Below are positions 12,151 through 25,130 of a stretch of DNA of 64,000 bases, piece after piece. The stretch is from the NCBI RefSeq assembly GCF_004010195.1, contig NC_057728.1:40734376-40798375 (forward strand), given 5' to 3'. The position numbers and the translations under genes are program-made. Positions within the stretch are counted from its first letter, which is position 1. Each line of letters opens with the position of its first letter. Below the pieces are notes generated by a model. The model saw nothing but the letters and a program-made list of their open reading frames with translations. It did not search any database and had not been told where the DNA came from. Origin of the DNA: Chiloscyllium plagiosum. Lineage: Eukaryota.

Positions 12151-14540
12151 ACTACAAGACAAAATGTATTTGTTCAGCAATAACAATACTTTAGCAAATT
12201 AAAAACCATAAAAGGTCATCTAGAAATGTTGGCACATGATAACTGAACAAGCAGCAATGATTTATAACTGACGTGTATTTGGACTGACTAGAAAGTTTTG
12301 TCATATCCCTGTTTCTATGCCAATTTCGCCAGGACAATTTACAAGAATACCTGTTCAAGGGGAAAACGAACAGGGACATTATAAAAGAAAAAAGTTCACA
12401 AGTGGACTCTGTTTGGAATGCTTCAATTAATAATGTTTTGCAGTTAATTGTCAGGCTTGTTTAAATTTTTAACCATATCATCTGACTCTGATTGTTCGAG
12501 ACATTGCCATGAGAAAGGAAATGAACAGGTGCGACCTATTTTGAAGAAGGCAGAGTGGGTGCCTATGTCTATCTATTTGCAAAGAACATAGCCCTGTTTT
12601 TCAATACACCACATTGCCATCCTGGCTGACTACTTAAAACTGGTTATCAAAACTTAATTCTTCACTTACACAGGATTATCCAATAAATGTTGTCCAGTTG
12701 CAGAAGCACAATTAATGTTGGACACGATGTTACAGGTTTAGCAAGCATGAGCTAGTTGGTCAGTACCTTGCTCATTGTGAATAGGCAAAGGGGTATGGTG
12801 CTTGATATGATCCTCCAACCATTGGGACATATGGTCTACATTCCTAAAACTACAGTGGTACTGAAAATGACTAATAAATGGTGTATTCTCCAGGCAAAAA
12901 CTCATAACAATAACAGTTCATTTGCTATCCAATCAGCACTGTCCCCTTGTCCAGTATAAGTGTTGTTTTTCTCCTTAGACAGGTATTTTCGCAAATAGTC
13001 CTGATGAGAGCAAGACAAAAAGCATCAACACAATGTGTCATTTTTCAGCAATACTCAAGTTCTGTTGTGCAAAATGACAAAGTAATCTCATTTGGAAAAC
13101 TTGTTTTACATGTATATAATAAATGTTAACCATGTACAGGTTTAAAACATTAGTATATATATCACAGATATTTACATGATATCTTTATTACGGACAAAAG
13201 TATTCTCATGCCTAACTAAGTTTCATGCTCAGTTCATTAAGTAATCTGCAGAAAAAGAGATTTTGTCCAGTTCAGATTTTTATTCCTGATTAGGTGCTAG
13301 TGGATAATATTTCTGCATGTCGATGTTATAATTTGACTGAATATTTTGGCAATGTCCATCTATTGTTACATTATTTACATTGTCAACCTTGAAATCAGTG
13401 GAATGTATCATACCTTCTGACTTAGAAATGTTTAATTAGATTTACAATCAATGGCACAATGTAAGTCAAACACCTGAATTATAATAACTTTAGTCAAATG
13501 AACCAGCGTCAAATCTTTTTATATCATTTAGTCAGTCAAACGCCCAGGAACTACCAATGATCATGGATGGAGCAGAAAGTTGTACTATTCCATAGCTTTG
13601 CTCCTGCCCTTAATGGATATACTGGGGTCAATGGTACATATCCTTGGCAGGCATGAGCCCACGCCAGTTGTGCAGCTCATGTAATCTCTGTTTCTAATGC
13701 TTCAGCAAGGCAGTAGGAGAGAATTAGCTGTGTTGCCTTTCCATAACTGACCCTATGATATTTTTGCAGCAGTAAAATAAAGTTAGTTTAAAAATGGCTA
13801 GTTTTCCATTCAGCCATGCCATAATGCTACTACTCACTTGCTGATTCCAGTATTTTAAGTATTAGTATCCCAGAAACCTCCAAGGATTGCAACAGTGCTG
13901 GACATGAAGGATGCATACATGCTTATCCAGTAGTTCAGGAGTGGGGTTTCGAAAGGTTCTGAAACATATTTCACAGATTTGCATTTCTTAATTATATATG
14001 TCTAACCACATGTGGCTGGTCAAGTTGTGTGTAAAATCTTACTACTTACAAGGGATATAAAGGGTGTAGTCATGATTTAAGAAGGTCCTGTCATCAATTC
14101 AATCCAACGCATGTAGACCGCAGCATTTTATGGTTCAAAGGCATTCAGGCATGCTGTATTCAACAATAAAACTCTTTCTTTTACATGGGAAAATCTTGTA
14201 ATTGCCTCTTCTATTTTGACTAAAACTACATTGTACTTTTTGTGTGACAGAGCTGCATGGCGAAAAAACTTTAAAATCTTTGTTACGACCGAAGAGCCAA
14301 TTCCACCCCCCCCCCACTTTCCTTGATGATAAAAGGTGCACAGTCTGCCAATACCAGTGAATATTAAAAACATAATTTCTTATTTTTATTGAAACAAAAT
14401 AACTAGTGTTAAAAAAGAGATTAATACAAGATCTCAGACTGGCTCCAATTTCCTAAATGACCGCGCTTCTAAAACATCTTATTGATCACGAAGGAATCCA
14501 AAATGATATAAGAAGTTATTTTACCAATGCAGACAATTTA

Positions 14541-16111
14541 TCATTGAATATGTTCCATCATCTCACCCTGTAAGCCATTCCTATATATACAGGCGATACT
14601 AAAAAGCACATTAAAACCGCACTCCTGCTGTTCCCTGGTGGGAGTGGTCAGCATCCTAAGTTTCTTCTCACTGGCCAGTGATTCCTGCAGGGTCTGGGTG
14701 CAAGTTGGAGCCTGAATATGGAAATGCGAAGCTAAAATTTCTATGGGCCTCAATATGTGGGTTTGTCACTTGCCTGAACCACATACACACACACATCCTG
14801 ACTAGTGTGGACTAAAAATATAACTGTTACCATTCGATTACCCATCGGATTTCTTTCTCATTAAGGCGAAGCAAATTGACAACAACCTTCTGAAAAGCTT
14901 CTCACTGTGAAGATGCTCGATGTGGTGCTGGAGTAGGACAAGTCATTGTTATTATAGGAACCTTACCACCATTAGATAATTCAATAGTACGTTCTGTTGA
15001 AGGACTTTTACGCAGCATCAAGTTCACTGATTCTGGGAGTCGCAAACAGTTCTGTTCATCCTTAGCTTGAAAAGTGCACTTTTCGTCACAGTAAAACTGA
15101 TAAGATGATGCATTTATATTCACAGCCATTTCATGATTCATGGTAGATGTTTGTTCAGTTGTTTCGTAGAAATAGAGCTGTTTCAGTGTCTGCTGACTGC
15201 ATTCAGTAATCCTAGACTATGCACACTCTGATAACAAGGGGAGTGTTGGTGACAAGGTTGCTTGAATCTCCAGTCTTGCTTCTGTCCATAAAAGCAATTA
15301 ACACAAAACTCAGTAGATTCTTCAGGAAGTGAGTAGCTAACATCTCGGTTTAATGACGGGTACAAGATGTTTCTTTCATAAGCAGCCTTTCGTGCTTCTC
15401 TTCAAAGTCTCCTTTTCAAAGATATCCTTCCATTCTTCTCCCATTTTAGGAACATTGCGAACCAACATTTGAGGATGATTATGCCCATCAAATGACTTCT
15501 TTGGGACAGACTTCCAAGGCTGCTTCTGATTGTGCCTTCTCATGCCAGACTCCATGAGAGGAAGTACACTTCCAGTGTGTGCTCGTCCCTTCTCGCAAAA
15601 CATAGGATTGAAGTCAGAAATATATTCTTCTCTTGTTTCCTCTTCACCCACAATAGAACTAACTTTACATTTTTTGTCAGAACATTCGCTGATGGTGCTG
15701 TGACAAAGAGTTCCTTCGGAGATCTTGCCAGCACTAGACTTCATAGATGTTTTGCTTAAACTGGTTGCTATAGAGGAGTTAGATTTAGTTGATTGAATTT
15801 TGGCACCAGGATGCTTTGTTATTTTGATCATCTTTCCTTCAGGCTTCTCACAAGTTGAAGTTAGAAAAGTAATGTGTTGAACTGAACTTGGGAAAACAAC
15901 TGTAGGCACCAGGTGAGGGAAAAGGTCTGGATGAGCTTCTTTCTCACTGCGGGTACTTTCTACATTTCGCACACAGTCTTCTAAGCACAACTTGTCAGTG
16001 CTAATTCGTTCTGCATGGTTTGCAGACTGACTTACAGATCTGCGCTCAATTGCCTGGTGCAGGCTTATTCTATTCAGACAAGGCAAGTGACAGTTTTGTT
16101 CAGGTTCAGTC
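14541..16111 (-). pseudogene. Terminal exon of the relic gene (long Ser/Lys/Glu-rich region then RGS-like segment), frameshifted
   Basis: Polypyrimidine acceptor at 16113-16112, phase 2 matching the upstream donor; 258-aa ORF followed by successive ORFs 15183..15365, 14902..15141 and 14541..14753 in shifting frames. Confidence 0.6.
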
Positions 16112-19100
16112 CTTCGAAAGGGAAAAATAATTAAACTTTTATTGAGAAACAAAAAATAACAGTATTGTAAATCACTTATGAAATACTACTGTATTAGAGA
16201 TAATTTTGGAATTCTTTTGCTCTGTGAAAAATAGTTTATTTTTCTTAAATTCTAATTTGAATGCTATTGTCTTCAAGAATTCTTAATTTCATGTTAAGAA
16301 TTTGTAAATAATCAGCGTTTTAGATTTTTTTCTGAAGTGAAATGAGTATGCTTGAGCCAGGATTTTAACTTGAGATGTGGGCTGGGCAGACAGGCATTAA
16401 GATGGACAGCAAACAAGCTCAATTTCAGCAGCACAAATCCTGGGCCTCACATGCATAAGGTCATCAAAGAGTTACATTCCAAGGTCCAGGATTATATGCT
16501 GAAAGATGCACGAAAGCTTGGGGTAGGGACTGCAAGTCTCAATCCTACTGTTTAAGACCCCCTCAATGCAATATACCAATTCAACTATGTAAAAGTCGTC
16601 AAGCTGTATGCGTGACATGAAATGAATATTGGAAATATAATGTGTGCCTTTAAATACAGTGAGACACTGCACATAGGGCTTGCACTGAAAGAATCTGATC
16701 TGTTTTGCATTTTCTAATGTCAGCATTGAACTATTACAGAATGTACTTCTACAAATTTTACGAATAAAGTATATTTTGAGGAAAACATTACAGAACAGGA
16801 GGCCATTCAGCTGGTTCTCTCTGTACTGCTTCTCTGCAAGAGCAACTCAGTGACTCCCACTCGCTTACCCTTTGCCCAAAATCTTGTAAAATGAAAATCA
16901 AAGGTCATCGACTTGAAACATTAACGCAGTTTCCTTTTCCACAAATGCTGCCTGGCTTGCTCAGTTAGTCGTAGTATCTGGGTTTTTACTTCAGAGTTAC
17001 AGCACCTGTAGCATTTTGTTTTTATTTTGCTTTTAATAACTCAGTCCTGACTTTCATTAATAATCCATATTGTCCAAGTGACTGCTAATTTTCTCACTGA
17101 TTTTCAATTCTTAAAACTTTCCTTTCATCCAAGTTAAACTAATTGGCCTGTAATTGCTTGGTTTATCCTTATACCCTTTTTCTGAATAAGGGCGTAACCT
17201 TCACCATTCCCAGTCCTCTGGAATCACTGTGCATCTAAGCAAGATTGAATGATGATGAGAATGTCTCCATAATTTCCAACCTTATTTCCTTCAGCATCCC
17301 CTGGTGCAGGTTATCAGACCTGGTTTTCAGCTGTGTCAGTCGAGGATATTGTAAAGATACAAAGGACATCAGAATGGTAAACAATATCAGTTTTTCATTT
17401 TTTTGCTTTTCTATGTATTTTTGACCCTTCTCTAACTGTATTGTTCAATTTTTCTCAACTGTCTCATCATAGGTTTAATATTGTTCCAAAATGGCTGTCT
17501 GTTTTGTGCCTGTCTATTTTGTGCATCATAAGGATGAATGTAACAGGACCGAGAGACTTTAACCTCACCTTCATTTACTTTAATAGATTGCAAACAGATA
17601 GAGAATATCTAGGACAAGTCAACAGTTACAGTCCCTCAATTAAGACATCAAGTAAAGATGTGCGATCTCAGATTTACTTATATTACAGATAGCATTTGCA
17701 AGTGAGGACAGTCATTAGAGAATAATGGTTCCCTTCTAATATTACTCAAGTGTTTTCAAGTTTTAGCAGTGTCCATGGAGCCACTTTTTCACTCTCTACC
17801 TTTCAGATTGAGAGCTACACAAGAAGGGAGCAAGGGAGGGTTAATTAAGTAGGTGAGTGTTTAAAGCATTAGTGACATGTTTAAATGGTAGCGTTATAAT
17901 ACGTCTAAGTTGCAAGGGAGCATAAAGAATGAAGTTTGTGCCAACACCATTTAACCTGTAACATCCAAATCAGTAATACTCAAATGGAATACCAGTTTGT
18001 TGTTAAAAGGCAGATTTTCAAATCAGCCTGATAAAACAAGGTAAACTGAATTTCCTTTTGAATAATGAGCAGCTAAAATATACAACAATACTATATAAAA
18101 AAAGCTAAACCTTAACAAAGGCTGCTGGCTGTGCAGATTAATCATGCTTTTACTTGAGATAGACTTTAGTTTTTTTACTTAAAGAGTGGTAGAATACTTG
18201 GGACCGCTTGCATCATTTACATTTATATCTAATCTGCACAATCTAGGTCAAAACACCACAGTAGTTTGGGTACTGTACCATGTCTTGTATGAACGCTTTC
18301 ATTTGAATTTGGCTTCCAATCAGTATTGGCAGTAGGGATGAGAAGCATTATGTAGAATATTATGGTAGATTTCCTTTGCTAAGTAAACCAGTTGGGTTTT
18401 TATGACAATGTTAAACTTTATTGTCTCATTTACAGTTTCATAAAAGTGAATTCCAATTCTGAAACTGTACTGGTCAAAGGTTATGCTTGTCAATGATTTG
18501 TGTGATTGTGCGATTTGGAATTATGAATTTACAGCCTTCGGATTAGGAGTCTGATGTCTGATTTACTATTCCAACTGCATAACCACTGCATTACCCTTTC
18601 CAGTTCATGAAAATCCCTTGATCCCATGATTACTTACAGAAATGGTTGATTAGGCCCACAAAAATAATGCATTTCATTTAGGTATATCCTAAAATGCATT
18701 TAGTTATGCACCATCACGGTGTGGACTTGTTGGGCCGAAGGGCCTGTTTCCACACTAAGTAATCTTTATTGGTGGAGTGACTGTTTGAATCAGGTAAAAA
18801 TGAGCTAAACAAGCTTGCTTTATAGAATAAATTCTGATAAGACAGAATTTTCTGCGGGACACATCTCAACTTTTGCTGCAAACAGAAGTAACTGCAGAAG
18901 CAAAAGAAGTAACATCAGAGACAGAAAATAAAGTAATAATTAAACTACAAGACAAGAAAAATGTAAACTAGCAAGAGACAGGAAACAGAAAGAAATCTAA
19001 AATAAATTAACAGTATACATTTTTAGTTTATTTCCCAAATGGATTTTTAAGTAGTGTGTAGGCAATATTTACAGTTGTTAATTTGCTCTGCTTTATTCTG

Positions 19101-20132
19101 TAGATCAGGATAATGTTTGGGAATTACCATTCTCTCATTTTATATTGAAGTAGCTCTGTGGGTTAAAAAAAATGCTATACACTATTATTGTAATGCATTT
19201 GAATCAACTAAATAACAATTTGTTTCAGTACCCAACCATTTTGTTGTAAATTCAAAATATGTGGGCCACAAAATGTGCCATTTCAAATTATACTTAGAAT
19301 TTTAAAAAATATTTCTATCCTTAACATAGAAATCCTCCTATGTTCAAAGTTTGACCTGTCAGCCCAGTCTGAACTTCTTTCTCAACTCTGATTCTGCAAT
19401 TCATTAAAATGGTAATACATTCCAAAAAGAGCTTCAATTCACCTGGTATTTCCAGTTTCTGAAAAACACACTGCTGAAATTCGCTGCTGATTATTACCAA
19501 GTTTTCTCACAGAGCCCTTTGACAATTTCATACTTGCAACAGAATCTGAGGAACTATTTCTACTCTTTGCACTTTTCATCTCATCATCATCCACTGTGTC
19601 ATGTTCAATCTGGAACTTGTCTGCCATCTTTGTTCCAACCTGGTTTGCAAAGGGGGAGAAAAAAGGCATACAAAGGCTTCACAATTCTGCAACAGAAGAA
19701 ATCACAATAAAATCATTAAGAATATGAGAAATTTGGCCCAGCAAATGTGACAATATTTCCAGGACAGCTGCATTTGTAGTTGAGATGAATAAGGCATGTT
19801 CTGATTGAAACATACAATATTCCAATAGCTCTGGGAAAGGTAGGCTATGAGAGATTGTTTCCTCTGGCAGCCAAATGTACTGGGAATAGCCAAACTGGCA
19901 ACACAACTCAGCAACTGGGATCCTTATTTGCTCTAGTGACTTGATGTAAAATTTCAGCTCTTGTGAAGAAAAGCACCTCATCAAGAGACCAAATAAAATC
20001 ATAAAATATGTCATTCTTCACAAACAGCAATAAATCACTTGCCCTATTTTTAAAAGTTCAAAGTTTGTGCGAAGATTTGTAGTTCGAGTGCTCGTTGTTG
20101 TGGTTCTGTTCGCCAACCTGGAAGTTTTTGTT

Positions 20133-20172
20133 GCAAACGTTTCGTCCCCTGGCTAGGCGACATCATCAGTGC
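20133..20172 (-). ncRNA. Minimal hammerhead ribozyme motif (inverted partner of 21719-21758)
   Basis: Reverse complement of the 21719-21758 motif. Confidence 0.7.
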
Positions 20173-20461
20173 TTGGGAGCCTCCTGCGAAGCGCTTCTTT
20201 GATGTTTCCTCCGGTGTTTATAGTGGTCTGTTCCTGCCGCTTCCGGTTGTCAGTTTCAGCTGTCCGCTGTAGTGGTTGGTATATTGGGTCAAGGTCGATG
20301 TGTTTGTTGATGGAGTTTGTGGATGAATGCCATGCCTCTAGGAATTCCCTGGCTGTTCTCTGTCTGGCTTGCCCTATGATAGTAGTGTTGTCCCAGTCGA
20401 ATTAAATGCCTAAAACTAGGGGGCATGCATTCAAGGTGAGAGGGGGAAAGCTCAAAGGAGA

Positions 20462-20795
20462 TAGAATCATAAAATCCTTAACAGTGTGCAAACAGGCCAT
20501 TTGGCCCAACAAGTCCAATCTGACCCTCCAAAGAGTAACCCACCCAGACCCTATTATTCTACATTTACCTCAGACTAATGCACCTAACTTACACATCCCT
20601 GAACACAATGGGCAATTTAGTACGGCTAATTGCCCTAACCTGCACATCTTTGGATTGTAGGAGGAAACCAGAGCACCCAGAGGAAAGTCACGCAGACACG
20701 GGGAGAATGTGCAAACTCCAGTCAGACAGTCACCCGAGGCTGGAATCAAACCCAGATCCTTGGTGCTGTGAGGCAGCAGTGCTAACCACTGAGCC
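20462..20795 (-). mobile_element. V-SINE (HE1-like) nested in a CR1 fragment within the Penelope composite
   Basis: Reverse complement similarity to 1655-1995. Confidence 0.85.
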
Positions 20796-21718
20796 AGAGA
20801 GTGGTAGGAGTCTGGAATGCACTGTTAGAGGTGGTGGTGGAGGCAGATAGGGCATTTAAGAAACTTTTACATCGGCACATGAATATGCAAGGAATGGAGG
20901 GATATGGACCAAGGGCAGGCAGAGGGAATTAGTTTAATTTGGCATTGTGTTCGGTGCAACATCATTGGCTGTACTGTTCTAGGTTCTATATTATATGGAC
21001 GAGTTAGACCGAAGGGTCTGTTTCTATGCTGTATAACTCTATGACTCTAATATCCTTGAGCTCAGATTCAGCTTTCAGCCTTGAACTTATTAGTTTTTCT
21101 TTTATGTTTCTCCTCCATGCTCTCCCTGCATTGATATTAACTCTTCCTCCTTGCAGTCTCCGACACATTAATATCGTGTATGACACAATTTACTTGACCT
21201 CTTCAAATTCTAGCCTCCATATTACTTCCCCTCATATTGAGCTCTGCAGCCATTTCCCTCTCACTCAGACAGGTCCAGGGCTCCCTTGGTATGATGTAAC
21301 TCAGTTGCCAGCATTTCCACATCCGGAGTCAGACGATTGTGGCTTTGAGTCCCCCTCCAATGAGCACATACGACATAATCCAGGCACGTATTAAAGTGGT
21401 GCATTGCAGGTGTTGTGCATGTCAGCGCTGTTATCTTTAGGATGAGATGCCCATCCCTCTCCTGGACCAACATCAACTAGCAACATGAATTCGACTGGGA
21501 CAACACTACTATCATAGGGCAAGCCAGACAGAGAACAGCCAGGGAATTCCTAGAGGCATGGCATTCATCCACAAACTCCATCAACAAACACATCGACCTG
21601 GACCCAATATACCAACCACTACAGTGGACAGCTGAAACTGACAACCGGAAGTGGCAGGGACAGACCACTATAAACACCGGAGGAAACATCAAAGAAGCGC
21701 TTTGCAGGAGGCTCCCAA

Positions 21719-21758
21719 GCACTGATGATGTCGCCTAGCCAGGGGACGAAACGTTTGC
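21719..21758 (+). ncRNA. Minimal hammerhead ribozyme motif (second Penelope family)
   Basis: GCA-CUGAUGA-U-GUC...GAC-GAAA-CG-UU-UGC. Confidence 0.7.
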
Positions 21759-22267
21759 AACAAAAACTTCCAGCTCGGCGAACAGAACCACAACATTTTT
21801 AAAAGTGTTAGAACACACATCATCTGAACAGTCCATTCACAACAGGATGTGTCATATTGTGTAATAATTGGAAATTTATGGCTGATGATGATAAAAAGTG
21901 AATGTGCAATCCATGCATTCATGAGAATTTTTTTGATGGAGGTGAGGTAAGCAGACATATCCACATAGGCATTTCTCTCCAAGTATCTCTATCGGACATG
22001 TATAGCTTGAGGGGAACAACTCCATTAGCACAGGCTAAGGTGAGAAGGCAGGCCTAGATGTATAGCCACACCCAACAGAGAAAGTTTGCATCGAAGTTCG
22101 AAAGCAGTGCTGTGATTTAACAAAAAAGATCTTTATTATAAATACCTTTATTCAGTCTAGCCAACTGAGTTAGCCCACCCTTTGTTAGAGGAATGATCAG
22201 AAAGGAACATATCATAGAATTTGCTAACCACAGTTTTGCTGTTATGGGCAAATTCTTTTGGATTAAT

Positions 22268-22417
22268 TAAAAACCAAAAAACTGTGGATGCTGTCAGTCA
22301 GGGACCTTTCCTCAGAGCCTGTTCTGAGGAACGATCACTCCACCCCAAAGCGTTAACTCTGATTTTCTCCACAGATGCACCAGACCTGCTGAGCTTTTCC
22401 AGCAATTTCTGTTTTTG
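22268..22417. mobile_element. Short Penelope-terminus-derived insertion with 12-bp TSD
   Basis: TTTTGGATTAAT at 22256-22267 and 22418-22429; internal ttcctcagag..ttctgaggaa hairpin and cagacctgctgagcttttccagc terminus. Confidence 0.7.
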
Positions 22418-23318
22418 TTTTGGATTAATGGTGTTTTCTCAGTTCAATTTTTGGCTCATTTCTCCTAGACAAAGTAACAACTGCTGGAGCATCACCAGAT
22501 CTTCCTTTATTTCTTCAGAGATCCAGCGAATTAATCCAGTTAACATGGAGGCAGTGAATGAATAGAGGGCTGCCTGAAATAAACAATACCAACTATTTGC
22601 AAAATATATAGGTTATCATCAGAAGCTATAGGAGATTTGGTTCATTCTGAGGGAATTCAGGTCTTACTGATTGCATGAGGCTCTCTCTCTGAACATTGGT
22701 AAGGAGAATCCCCTCCTCAGGACCAGTGCAGAAAATGCAGCATGCCAAAATCATTACATGGCCCAGATTAATAAGGCTCTGACTTTATAGAAGCAGGCAT
22801 TTACTTAACCCTATTCCATGGGCAAAATGATGGTGGATAAACTAATAGCAGGAATAAGGCTTAAGTGCAGAGTTTCAATTTTCGACTATTTCGACTGAGT
22901 TAAATTCAGAGATTAATTTTTTGAGGGTTTGACAAGAAAAGCTGAGACAAACAGCACTTTATTTCAAACCATTACCTCAGTAGCATGTATTGCAAACTGC
23001 AATTGTACTGAGTTGCAAAAAATAGTATACTTTAAAACATGTATTAACTTAGTAAATTGAGTTAATAGTCAGTCTGTATTGAATGATTTAATGCTGTGAA
23101 GGTTTCCCACTATCAAATTTGTCAAGACACTCAATTTGCTTTTAAATACTCAATTTATAAGAACTGCGCTTGTCTAATACAACAAGAAAATGAGTGAAAA
23201 CAAAACTCAACTGCAATTTCTTAGTAATTAGTAAAAGGGAGTAATTTGAGTAAGTATCAACAATTGTGGAAAATATAATTCTTATCTGATGAATAATGAA
23301 ACATTAATATGAAATTAC

Positions 23319-23725
23319 CTTTTGGCATTTGGATGATAATGGTCCATAATATTGTTGCAAAACTGAATAATACCCATTATCATTATCTGCTAAACCAGCA
23401 CAATTTTTATTTGTGATTGTTAATTCTTCTTCTGCATTTTGCATGAACTTTCTGAAGAGATAAACAAACAGAGATTTGATTGCAATCTTCCACTCAGTGC
23501 AATCACAGGTAAGTTAAACTATTGAAATTTGCTTCCATTTGTATATGAATTGAGTCATTACAAGGTTGTCCTGCAATATGCAAAGGTGTATCATGAAATG
23601 AGTAAAGCTGAGAAAATATAAACTTGTTTATGCTGGATTCCAACACACAGCCTTTTCTTCCTTTCCTATCTCCTGTGCACTTTTCACTATCATCCATGTT
23701 ACCACTGTTCCTACTCTTGTAGCCT
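23319..23725 (-). pseudogene. Internal exon of the relic gene with one frameshift
   Basis: ttatttcag acceptor, AAG|gtaatt donor; GYKSRN...CTGDRKGRKGCVLESSINKFIFSQLY, frameshift near 23515, then LTCDCTEWKIAIKSLFVYLFRKFMQN...LSSKCQK. Confidence 0.6.
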
Positions 23726-24129
23726 CTGAAATAAGAGCAGTGTAACAAAAAGTGAATATCTACTCATAACTCACCACTTTCGACAATTCTTACTAAAACT
23801 AAAATCATTAATACACAGTAATGTTCTTTATTCGTTTCTTTTTGAAAAGATGCAATATTTAAATAACTTCATCTACACGTCTGTCAAGCAATGTATTTTC
23901 AATTTTACTGCAGTAAACCATAGAATTAAATTTTAATTAAAATTTAAACTTCATGGAAATAAATACTTTTAAAAAGATTAAGGCAATTCATTGTCAAGCG
24001 GTGTGCAATTCTTATTTTACAAAAGTATCTATAGCTTTTATATGTTTACTTGTTACCAGATCCAGACTGCTGCTTGTTATACCTAAGTTTATTCAATAAA
24101 GACTTAACATGAAAAATTAAATATTTTCC

Positions 24130-25130
24130 AGTCACAGAGTCATAGAATTGTACAACACAGAAACAGACCCTTCGGTCCAACTTGTTTATACTGACCAGAC
24201 AAATCTAGTCCCATTTTCCTCTAAACCCTTCCAATTCATGTACCCATCAAGATGACATTTAAATGTTGTAATTGTACCCGCCTCCACCACTCCATCTGGC
24301 AGCTCATTCAATACACACACCACCCTCTATGTGAAAATGTTGCCCCTTAGCTGCCTTTTAAATCTTTCCCTTCTCAACTTAAACCTTTTCCCTCTAGTTT
24401 TTGACTTCCCTACCCTGGGGTAAATTCCTTGGTTGTTCACCCTATCCACACCCCTCATGATTTTATAAACCCCTATAAGGTCACCCCTCAGCCTCCGACA
24501 CTCCAGTGAAAATAACCCCAGCCTATTCAGCCTATCCCTATAGCTTAAACCCTCCAGCCTTGGCATTAATCCTTGTAAATCTTTTCTGAACCCTTTCAGG
24601 TTTCACATCCTTCCTATAACAGGGAGACCAGAACTGCACACAGTATTCCAAAAGTAGCCTAACCAATGTCCTGTACAGCCGCAACACGATCACACAACTC
24701 CTATACTCAATGCACTGACCAATCAAGAAAAGTGTAACAAATGCCTTCTTCATTATTTTATCTACCTGCAATTCCACTTTCAAGGAACTATGAACCTGCA
24801 CTCCAAGGCTTGTTTGTTCAGTAATACTCCCCAGGAGCTTATCATTAAGTGTATAGGTCCTGTCCTGATTTGCCTTTCCAAAATGCAGCACCTCACATTT
24901 ATCTAAACTACATTCCATCTGGCACTCCTTGGCCCATCTGATCAAGATCCTGTTTAATCTGAGGTAAACTTCTTCACTGTCCACAACACCTCCAACTTTG
25001 GTGCCGCCTGCAAAATTACTAAACCTATGTTCACATCCAAACCATTTATAGAAAGGAAGAAAAGCAGTGGACCCAGCCTCAATCCTAGTGGCACACCAGG
25101 GGCCACAGGTTTCCAGACTGAAAAGCAACT
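24130..25130 (-). mobile_element. CR1 LINE 3' portion
   Basis: KCEVLHFG, LEYCVQFWSP, RRLRGDLI. Confidence 0.9.

Larger units (their letters stand above)
20058..21794. mobile_element. Composite insertion: inverted Penelope-like arms (20058-20403 minus, 21481-21794 plus) around cargo, 12-bp TSD
   Basis: Arms encode a GIY-YIG tail QHEFDWDNTTIIGQARQRTAREFLEAWHS; ATTTTTAAAAGT at 20046-20057 and 21795-21806. Confidence 0.8.
19443..22573 (-). pseudogene. Large exon of the relic gene, interrupted by two TSD-flanked insertions
   Basis: Acceptor ttgtttatttcag at 22574, donor AG|gtgaat at 19442. Removing 1749-nt and 162-nt insertions restores a 1220-nt exon (phase 0 in, phase 2 out) and puts ORFs 21689..21982, 19679..20014 and 19439..19669 in one frame. 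Confidence 0.7.

Noticed and set aside
19439..22260. Class A GPCR reading of the relic exon (near-ERY, AWI, WLP, STTNAA motifs)
   Set aside because: No TM1-like segment upstream, hydrophobic runs are not convincing helices, and flanking exons fit RGS-like patterns better; not fully excluded without a profile search
20058..22429. Both exon insertions have lengths divisible by three, suggesting tolerated exonisation
   Set aside because: The 162-nt insert contains an in-frame TGA and the long one has stops; a 1-in-9 coincidence is adequate
19679..22441. In-frame TGA codons as selenocysteine or readthrough
   Set aside because: TAA/TAG stops, frameshifts and TE insertions co-occur; no SECIS recognised
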